The notes beneath the pieces are model-generated. The model was not told the origin of the DNA. It was given only the letters and a program-made list of their open reading frames with translations, and searched no databases. From Nitrospirota bacterium (GTDB lineage Bacteria > Nitrospirota > Thermodesulfovibrionia > Thermodesulfovibrionales > Dissulfurispiraceae), in assembly GCA_963710375.1 (NCBI GenBank), contig CAVPZX010000008.1, forward strand, positions 1-64,000: 64,000 nt of DNA, written 5' to 3'. Positions 9,557 to 17,166 of the stretch are shown here, in pieces (within the stretch, counting starts at the first letter, position 1; each line of letters begins with the position of its first letter). The translations under genes and the position numbers were made by a program.

Positions 9557-10000
9557 ATGAAAACAATTCTAACTATAGTTCTGTCGGTGCTGCTGACAGT
9601 TTTTCTTGCCGGTATCGCTATTGCTGGTGATAATTCGATTGTCGCGGGAGGACAGGTGATTACTGGACATTCGCTATTTCCTTTCTATGATCCTTCAGAA
9701 CCAGTTGTGACAGAAGGGTCTTCCGCATCTACCATGGCTTCTAGCGGTCAGGCAGAGTATCCGTATCTAGCTGGTGGTGAGGTGATTACCGGACATTCAC
9801 TATTTCCTTTCAACGATCCTTCGGAACCTATTGTGACAGCAGAGTCTGCTATGTCTCACATGGCTTCTACTACTGGTAGTGAGCCGGCTAAATTCTTTGT
9901 CGCTGGAGGGCAAGTGATTAATGAGCATTCGCTATTTCCTTTCAGTGATCCATCAGAGATCAGACTGTGCCTGTTAAACGGCATGACACAGCGGTGTTGA
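9557..10000 (+). CDS. Secreted protein with three ~20-aa repeats (AGGxVIxxHSLFPFxDPSE)
   Basis: Strong RBS, signal peptide ending AIA, three conserved repeats, own terminator. Confidence 0.8.
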   Translation: MKTILTIVLSVLLTVFLAGIAIAGDNSIVAGGQVITGHSLFPFYDPSEPVVTEGSSASTMASSGQAEYPYLAGGEVITGHSLFPFNDPSEPIVTAESAMSHMASTTGSEPAKFFVAGGQVINEHSLFPFSDPSEIRLCLLNGMTQRC

Positions 10001-10024
10001 GTGGAACCTTTAGGCAGAGGAGAC

Positions 10025-10054
10025 AAGGCGCCGAAACCTTCGGCGCCTTTTTTT
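10025..10054 (+). terminator. Intrinsic terminator
   Basis: AAGGCGCCGAA-acc-TTCGGCGCCTT followed by a T-run. Confidence 0.85.
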
Positions 10055-10071
10055 CGTGTTTGCGCTGTCTG

Positions 10072-11031
10072 CTACCACTGAACACCCCGTCTGATCAGCA
10101 AGTCCTGAGCGTCTTTGTGCCCCAACCTGGCCGCCATCTTGAAATCAGCCATGGCCTGCTCATAATTGCCTAATACGACATTTGAGAGCCCACGACCATA
10201 ATAAGCCTCTACGAAATCAGGCTTGAGTTCTATCGCCCTGGTGCAATCATTAATCGCCTGCTGATAGTCGCCTAATCCGACATATGAGAGCCCACGACTA
10301 TAATAAGCCTCTACGAAATCAGGCTTGAGCTCTATCGCTTTGGAATAATCTCCAATCGCCTGCTGATAGTTACCTAAGTCGAGATAAGCTTCTCCCCGAC
10401 TATAATAAACCATTGCATAATCGTCTTCGAGCTCTATGGCCTTGGTAAATGCGTCCCGTGCTTCCTCCGAATGCCCGGTGACACCGGCCTTGTAACCCTT
10501 TTCAAGCCAGTCAACAGCATTAAGTCCCCTTATTGTCTTTTCAAATGCCTCGGTATTTTTTGCCTCTGACCCAATCTCTCTCCTGAGCTTTGAATTCTCT
10601 TTGGTTAGCTCCTCTGCTCTCTTTCTTGTCTCTTCAAGTTCTTGTGTCTTATATTTGTCTTCAACAAGCTTCTCAAGGTTTTTTTCTGCTTCTTTCAAGT
10701 CGGCTGATACTTTTGCCTTTAGCCAATAAGACTTACCGTCCCATTTTTCATCTATTATTTCCGCAGAAACAATGCCAGCCGAGTACGTAGTGACCTGGTC
10801 TTTTGTGAGCCTCATATCTTTGACCGGGGTATCGCCGGCGAGATAAGTTCCCAGATCCTCAAACAATAACCTCTTTACCATTTCAAAGGCAAGAGTACGG
10901 CTTGAGTGTTCGCTGTCCAATTCGCTTGCCTGATAGGTATATTCCCTGGTAAAAGTGACTGTTTCGGCAAGGACCGGAGAAACAATAAAAAACAAGAAGG
11001 CCAATAATGCAACACCAAAATAACGTCTCAT
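10072..11031 (-). CDS. Secreted tetratricopeptide-repeat protein
   Basis: Signal peptide, coiled coil, 34-aa TPRs (AIELKPDFVEAYY twice). Confidence 0.88.
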   Translation of the reverse strand: MRRYFGVALLAFLFFIVSPVLAETVTFTREYTYQASELDSEHSSRTLAFEMVKRLLFEDLGTYLAGDTPVKDMRLTKDQVTTYSAGIVSAEIIDEKWDGKSYWLKAKVSADLKEAEKNLEKLVEDKYKTQELEETRKRAEELTKENSKLRREIGSEAKNTEAFEKTIRGLNAVDWLEKGYKAGVTGHSEEARDAFTKAIELEDDYAMVYYSRGEAYLDLGNYQQAIGDYSKAIELKPDFVEAYYSRGLSYVGLGDYQQAINDCTRAIELKPDFVEAYYGRGLSNVVLGNYEQAMADFKMAARLGHKDAQDLLIRRGVQW

Positions 11032-11064
11032 AGGCTACCCTCATGGCAATTAACATTCACGTTC

Positions 11065-11502
11065 TTATTCGCTTTTCACTTCAAAGCTATGCGTAATCTT
11101 CGTTACGCCGCGGATTGTGGCCGCGACAGAGCAATACTTGTTTTGCGAGAGCTCAATAGCCTTTTCCGTTTTTTGAGCGGAAATGTTCCTTCCTGTAATA
11201 ACATAATGCAAATGGATTTTTGTGAACTGGTACGGAGGCCCGGATGCCTGTTCGGCATCCGCACTTATGTACAGGCCGGTCAGGTCCTGACGCTGCTTCT
11301 TCATTATTTCCACTACGTCGTAAGCCGAGCAGGAGCAGAGGCTGATAACAAGCAAGTCCGAAGGCTTGAGACCTTTCCACTCTTCTGATTGTTTGCCGCC
11401 TTCCTTAGGCCAGGAGCCTGCCACAACCGTGGAGCCGTTGCTGTCCCTCCCGATAAACATCCTGCTGTCTTCACCAACCCATTGCACATTTATCCGTCCC
11501 AT
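11065..11502 (-). CDS. OsmC/YhfA family protein
   Basis: [18 protein letters not shown] and KYCSVAAT conserved Cys motifs. Confidence 0.88.
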   Translation of the reverse strand: MGRINVQWVGEDSRMFIGRDSNGSTVVAGSWPKEGGKQSEEWKGLKPSDLLVISLCSCSAYDVVEIMKKQRQDLTGLYISADAEQASGPPYQFTKIHLHYVITGRNISAQKTEKAIELSQNKYCSVAATIRGVTKITHSFEVKSE

Positions 11503-11534
11503 ATAACATTATATCGCATAAAAAGGAATACAGG

Positions 11535-11716
11535 ATAAGGGGAGCGCTTGTTTTTCGACGCGCTGAAACTACCTTTGCCGGCAAATTCCAACGTTTCTAT
11601 AGCAGCGATACCCGGCTCAGTTCTCAGCTGGGGCTACTACGATAACTTGTCTCTTGGCATTAAGAGTAGTTTCAGCGCTCCGATAAACAGCCTGCCCTGC
11701 CGCTCCCTTCCTTATG
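11535..11716. other. Long imperfect rod-like inverted repeat (candidate ncRNA or MITE)
   Basis: Nested complementary segments: GGGAGCG/CGCTCCC, a 13-bp perfect pair GCGCTGAAACTAC/GTAGTTTCAGCGC, and inner stems. Confidence 0.55.
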
Positions 11717-11736
11717 ACTATGGCTGTTTGACAAAC

Positions 11737-12826
11737 TAAAAAAGTTACGATACATTTTCGACATTGACGTTTGATGGATCATTATGCACGGGCATATCCT
11801 ATCTTCAGCTGGATACGTGGCTGGAGGAGGCTACAGGATATGCTCAGGGGTCTTCAGAGGTTTGATAAAAACGAAGTGGCAAAACAGCGACATAAGATCA
11901 TTCAGTTCTACGATCAATATGGTGAGGCAGCCACTAAAGAAGCTTTTGGAGCAGATCGCAAGGTGATTTATACCTGGAAGAAAAAGCTCATGCAGTCTGG
12001 AGGAAGGCTGGAAGCTCTTGTGCCTGTCAGTACAAAACCCTATAACGTAAGGACCATGTCTGTTGATCAGCGTATCGTAGAGTTCATTCGTGCCTACAGA
12101 CGCAAGTACGGAAGAATCGGCAAAGAGAAACTTAAACCTTTGCTGGATGCATATTGCAAAGAAATGGGCATTACTACTATCTCTGAGTCTAAAATAGGCA
12201 AGATCATCAAGAGATACAAGTTCTTTTCCCAGGGCAGCCCAGGCAGAGTGTACCACAACCCCGACAGAAAACAGCCTGAGAAATGCAAAAGACAACGTGT
12301 AAAAAAATCACCCAAACCCCTTGAACCAGGTTACCTTCTGGCCGATAGTTCAGTTGTTCACGATGCCGGTGTTACCCGGTACCTGATTTCAGCAATAGAT
12401 GTTGTGACTAAGTTTGCCCTGACTGGTTGCTACGGCTCGCTTTCAAGCCGCTCGGCAACAGACTTCCTGAAACGCCTTATGCTTGTTTGCCCGCTCCCAG
12501 TGCTGTCTGTGCAAAGTGATAACGGCTCTGAATTCCTCGGTGACTTTGATAAGGAACTCCAAAAACACAAAATACCGCATCTCTTTAGTTATCCTCGTTG
12601 CCCTAAGATAAATAGTTTCATTGAACGATACAACAGAACAATTAAAGATGAGTTCGTCGCTCAAAACCTCGACTCAATACATGACATCAAACTTTTTAGA
12701 ATGCGATTGGCTGAGTATCTTGTCTTCTATAACTGCATTCGACCACACAAAAGTCTTGGCCAAAAATCGCCATCACAGTCACTCATAGAAAAAGGGGCAA
12801 TGTCGAAAATGTTTGCAACTCGTACA
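11737..12826 (+). mobile_element. IS481-like insertion sequence
   Basis: Inverted repeats share ACATTTTCGACATTG/CAATGTCGAAAATGT. The right end terminates in ACA, and CAAAC flanks both sides. The left end lacks the canonical TGT. Confidence 0.7.
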
Positions 12827-12835
12827 CAAACTTGA
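11771..12835 (+). CDS. DDE transposase (rve integrase core, IS481-like)
   Basis: N-terminal HTH, QSDNGSEF, IERYNRTIKDEF, YNCIRPHKSL. Confidence 0.9.
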   Translation: MMDHYARAYPIFSWIRGWRRLQDMLRGLQRFDKNEVAKQRHKIIQFYDQYGEAATKEAFGADRKVIYTWKKKLMQSGGRLEALVPVSTKPYNVRTMSVDQRIVEFIRAYRRKYGRIGKEKLKPLLDAYCKEMGITTISESKIGKIIKRYKFFSQGSPGRVYHNPDRKQPEKCKRQRVKKSPKPLEPGYLLADSSVVHDAGVTRYLISAIDVVTKFALTGCYGSLSSRSATDFLKRLMLVCPLPVLSVQSDNGSEFLGDFDKELQKHKIPHLFSYPRCPKINSFIERYNRTIKDEFVAQNLDSIHDIKLFRMRLAEYLVFYNCIRPHKSLGQKSPSQSLIEKGAMSKMFATRTQT

Positions 12836-12865
12836 CAATCGCGGTAAAAAGCGCAAAATTAGACT

Positions 12866-14125
12866 ATGCCGTCAAATAAGGGCTTGATCGTTCTCATGGG
12901 GTCCGGTGAACTCACAGCGACAATGGTCGAGGTTCACAAAGAAATCCTTGCGCGTTTCGGCGGCTTTCCCAGGGCATTTTTTCTCGATACGCCTGCAGGG
13001 TTCCAGCTGAATGCCGACCAGTTGTCTCAAAGGGCTGTAGAGTACTTCCGCCTCAATGTCGGCTATATGATGGAGGTCATCTCGTTCAAGTCCAAAGGCG
13101 TGCCGCCCATAGAGCGGGAACTGGCATTCAGCCAGATGAAAGAGGCTGATTATATCCTGGTCGGACCGGGTAGCCCCACATATGCCATCCGCCAGTGGAA
13201 GGAAACTCCGATTCCGGAAATACTCGAACTAAGGATCAAAGGAGGCGCGTGTCTTGTCGCTGCCAGCGCGGCTGCTCTCACAGTCGGGCGTTTTGCACTG
13301 CCTGTGTACGAGATATACAAGGTCGGTGAGGAGTTGCATTGGGTGGAAGGCCTCGACATTCTGGGTCATTTCGGACTGAATACCGTTGTAGTTCCTCACT
13401 GGAATAACGCCGAAGGCGGGACCCACGATACCGGCTTCTGCTTCATGGGAGAGAGCCGCTTCAGAAAGCTTGAATCAATGCTGCCAGATGATGTGAGTAT
13501 ACTCGGTCTCGACGAACATACGGCCTGCATTATAGACCTCGACAGTGAGGAAATATCGATAAAGGGCATCGGCTCTGTGACATTCCGGTATCAGGCAATC
13601 GAGAGGACATTTCACAGGGGTGAAAAGTTCCCGCTTAGGGTGCTTTCAGAGGGGAAGAGTAGCGTCGCTCCTGCGGTGCAAGCGATGGATATGCCTGAGT
13701 CTGGAGCAACGCCCGTCCCTCTTGAAGAGACAGGCTTCTGGGACTCTGTGCATGCGCTCGAAGTCGCTTATTATAAAGGCCTCGAAGATGACGCCCGCGA
13801 TGCTGCGAACGCCCTTTTAAATCTTGACAGAATCATATGGCAGGCCAATCAGGACAAGGAGAGTCCGGAGCTTATCTCCCAGGCAAGAGAGCTTTTTCAT
13901 GAATTAATTGCTATTCTAGGAATGCGTTTGTCTTCTGCACCGAAAAACTGTTATAAGTGTCTTGAGCCGCTCGTGGAAGAATTACTTGCATCAAGGGCCT
14001 TGTACAAGGAAAATAAACAATGGCATGAGGCGGATGTTATCCGCGACTGCCTGAAGCGGGCAAGAATCGAAGTGGACGATACTCATAACGGGTACCGCTG
14101 GCGGTTAGGGTCTGCGGACAAATAA
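12866..14125 (+). CDS. Peptidase S51/cyanophycinase-like hydrolase fused to a CysRS C-terminal-like domain
   Basis: GPGSPTY, nucleophile elbow ASAAA, VVPHWNN, GLDEHTA. The C-terminal LLASRALYKENKQWHEADVIRDCL..IEVDDT...RW resembles the CysRS anticodon-binding tail. Confidence 0.75.
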   Translation: MPSNKGLIVLMGSGELTATMVEVHKEILARFGGFPRAFFLDTPAGFQLNADQLSQRAVEYFRLNVGYMMEVISFKSKGVPPIERELAFSQMKEADYILVGPGSPTYAIRQWKETPIPEILELRIKGGACLVAASAAALTVGRFALPVYEIYKVGEELHWVEGLDILGHFGLNTVVVPHWNNAEGGTHDTGFCFMGESRFRKLESMLPDDVSILGLDEHTACIIDLDSEEISIKGIGSVTFRYQAIERTFHRGEKFPLRVLSEGKSSVAPAVQAMDMPESGATPVPLEETGFWDSVHALEVAYYKGLEDDARDAANALLNLDRIIWQANQDKESPELISQARELFHELIAILGMRLSSAPKNCYKCLEPLVEELLASRALYKENKQWHEADVIRDCLKRARIEVDDTHNGYRWRLGSADK

Positions 14126-14145
14126 CTTGTGCTTCGAGGTAGGAC

Positions 14146-15162
14146 ATGGCTGTACAGAAAGACCGGCCCGAAACCTTTGGCTGCGGAAAAACGGTAACCG
14201 TCGAGCCGCTGCATCGTATGAAGTGCTACCGTCCGGATAACGGAAGCCGGCTGGAGTGGGATTGTTTGTTCATGCTTCCTCAATGGCTCGGTCCCTGGTG
14301 GTCATATTTCGGAGGGGACGCGCAAACGCACCTCTACGTTGTGAAACAGAACGATGAACTCCTCGGTGTGGCGCCGCTTGCCGTCACCGGAGACACAGCG
14401 CGTCTAATCGGAGACAGCGATCTGATCGATTACAGTGACTTCATCGTTGCGCCTTCAAGGGAAATGGAGTTTTTCTCAACTCTTTTTGACCATCTAAGAC
14501 GCGAAGGCATAAGCCGTTTACACACGGAACGCGTCCGCGCCGATTCAAAGACATTCTCCTGTTTCCATGCTTACTCCGCGCCCCTCTGCTGCGATGTGTC
14601 CTGCAGCGCTGTGGATGTCCTATATGAGATGGATCTGGCAGACACATGGGAAGGATACCTCGATATCCTGTCGGCAAAAGAGCGCCACGAGACGCGCCGC
14701 AAGTTCAGCCGCTTGGAGAGCGCAGGCCGTGTCGGGCTGCGCGTCATAGAGGACAAGCAATACGTTTTAGATGCAATGGAGACCTTCATATCGCTTTTTC
14801 GGTCCAACAGTACAGAAAAGGCGCAGTTCATGGCCGGCGATGTCGAGTCATTCTTCAGGTCTCTGGCAGTTGAGATGGCTGATGCAGGACTGTTGATGCT
14901 TTTTTTCCTCGACTTGAACGACAGGCCGGTAGCCACGACAATGTGTTTCGACTACCGCTCAACTGTTTACCTTTACAACAACGGCTATGACCGGCACTTT
15001 GGCCACCTCAGTGTCGGGCTCCTGAGCAAGGTCTTGAGCATACAGGAAGGCATAAAACGCGGCAGAAAAAAGTATAATTTCCTTCGGGGCAGCGAGGCGT
15101 ACAAAAGCCGCCTTGGCGGCCATCCGGTCACACTGTATCACTGCGAGGTAATCCTGAAATGA
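14146..15162 (+). CDS. GNAT-fold acyltransferase (CelD/BcsL, FemAB-like double domain)
   Basis: TWEGYLDILSAKERHETRRK, YLYNNGYD, SVGLL, NFLRGSEAYKSRLGG. Confidence 0.85.
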   Translation: MAVQKDRPETFGCGKTVTVEPLHRMKCYRPDNGSRLEWDCLFMLPQWLGPWWSYFGGDAQTHLYVVKQNDELLGVAPLAVTGDTARLIGDSDLIDYSDFIVAPSREMEFFSTLFDHLRREGISRLHTERVRADSKTFSCFHAYSAPLCCDVSCSAVDVLYEMDLADTWEGYLDILSAKERHETRRKFSRLESAGRVGLRVIEDKQYVLDAMETFISLFRSNSTEKAQFMAGDVESFFRSLAVEMADAGLLMLFFLDLNDRPVATTMCFDYRSTVYLYNNGYDRHFGHLSVGLLSKVLSIQEGIKRGRKKYNFLRGSEAYKSRLGGHPVTLYHCEVILK

Positions 15163-16447
15163 AGCCATTTCCGGTCATCTTACCGTATCCCAGGCCAAAA
15201 GTGCCGGGAACATACTATAATGTCCGGCCATTGAAAATAGCCGCGCTCAGTATCCATTCGAGCCCTCTCGGTGAACTTGGGACCGAGGACACCGGCGGAA
15301 TGAGCGTTTATATTCGTGAACTTTCCCTCGAACTGGGCAGGGCCGGCCACAGCGTCGATATATATACCTGCGCCGACAGCGGAGGACGGGCCTCCAGGCT
15401 GTTCTTGTCCGACAACGTACGCCTCATCCATCTCGGAATCGGACAGAAGGGACATATCACAAAGAGCATGCTTTCCGGACACCTGCCGGAAGTTTTCCAT
15501 TCTCTGAGGCATACATTACCAGTAACGACGTATGTTATGACCTTATCCACAGCCACTATTGGCTGTCAGGCGAAGTGGGGGGGCTTGCCAAGAACAGGTG
15601 GTATATGCCTCATGTCGTGATGTTCCACACGACCGGCATCGCCAAGCGGGTGGCCTGCAGCGGGGAAAGAGAACCCACTATGCGTCTGATAGCCGAAAAA
15701 AGACTGGCCATCAAAAGCGACAGGATACTTGCAGCAACCGAGAATGAGAAGAATCTGCTCGTGAAATACTATAACGTGCCTGTTGAAAAGATTGGGACAG
15801 TGCCCTGTGGTGTCAACCTGGAACGGTTTCACCCCGTGGCGAAGGACCTGGCTCGAAAAGAACTGGGGCTTCAGGATGCCGGGTTTCTGGTCCTTTACGT
15901 TGGGAGGTTTGCCCCTGTAAAAGGCGTAAGCAGACTTGTTGCTGCAGCCGCGCATCTTCGCTCAAGGCGCGGACTCATGTTCATGATCGTAGGCGGCGAC
16001 AACCGGAAGACGCAGGCGTTCTCCGAACTTGGCCGGCTTGCAAACAGGGGATCTGTCGGGGACATCGTGAAATTTCAGGGCCGGGTTGACCACGACCTGC
16101 TCCCTTTATATTACAGCGCTGCCGATGTGCTGGTCGTGCCGTCTTACTACGAAAGTTTCGGCCTTGTGGCGCTTGAATCGCTGGCGTGCGGAACTCCTGT
16201 CATCGCCGCACGGGTGGGCGCTATGGACTCCCTTATAAAAGACGGCAAAACAGGGCTTCTTGTAGACAGCCTGAGTCCACGTTCCCTCGCATCGGCTATC
16301 GAAAGGTTAATGGCACTTTCGTCGAACGGTGGACTGTCCGTCAATGAAATCCGCGCTTCTGTCCTCAGGTATGCATGGTCCAATATTGCATCTGCAGTTG
16401 CGCGGGAATATGCAGCCGCTCTCAGACCTTGCCTTAAGTCGCACTAA
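15159..16447 (+). CDS. MshA-like GT4 glycosyltransferase split by an apparent -1 frameshift near 15506
   Basis: HSSPLGELGTEDTGGMSVY in the first ORF. The second frame reads YDLIHSHYWLSG and continues to PSYYESFGLVALESLACGTPV. Confidence 0.85.
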
Positions 16448-16462
16448 CAGGAACAATAGATT

Positions 16463-17158
16463 ATGAATACATTTGCCGATATACTCGTCATAGCAGCCCA
16501 TCCCGACGACGCAGAATTCGGAGCCGCAGGAACGATAGCGCGCTGGGGCAAAGAAGGCAGGCAGGTGGTCTATGTTGTATGCACGAGCGGCGAGAAGGGT
16601 ACTGCAGACAGGACCATGAAACCCGAACTATTGGCCCGGATAAGGGAAAGAGAGCAGGACTCCGCTGCACGAGTACTGGGCGTGCGGGAAGTAGTTTTTC
16701 TCAGGCTTCCTGATCAGGGACTTGAAGACACTTCAGAATTCAGGAAGACGATCGTCCGGGCGATCAGGGTATATCGTCCCGGAACTGTTGTGACCTCAGA
16801 TCCATACCGCCGCTACCTCTGGCACAGAGACCACAGGATTACCGGGCAGGTTACGCTCGACGCCGTATTCCCTTTCGCAAGGGACCATCTGGCATATCCG
16901 GACCTCCTGGAAGAAGGTCTGGAACCTCACAAGGTCAGGGAGATGCTCCTCTTTGGTTCAGAGGATATTAACTATCGCTCCGATATAACGTTGACATTCG
17001 ATCTGAAAATCGCGGCGCTCCGCTGTCACGAGAGCCAGATCAAAGAGGCTCGAAATACCGGATTTAGAGACCTGGGTGCGGGAATGGTCATGCTCCATGG
17101 CCGAAGGTGCGGACTGCGACTCGCTGAGGCGTTTCACCGGATCGAGATCACCAGATAA
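16463..17158 (+). CDS. PIG-L/LmbE family deacetylase (MshB/BshB-like)
   Basis: AHPDDAEFG, TSGEKG, HRDH, HESQ, AEAF. Confidence 0.9.
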   Translation: MNTFADILVIAAHPDDAEFGAAGTIARWGKEGRQVVYVVCTSGEKGTADRTMKPELLARIREREQDSAARVLGVREVVFLRLPDQGLEDTSEFRKTIVRAIRVYRPGTVVTSDPYRRYLWHRDHRITGQVTLDAVFPFARDHLAYPDLLEEGLEPHKVREMLLFGSEDINYRSDITLTFDLKIAALRCHESQIKEARNTGFRDLGAGMVMLHGRRCGLRLAEAFHRIEITR

Positions 17159-17166
17159 TCCTTTCA

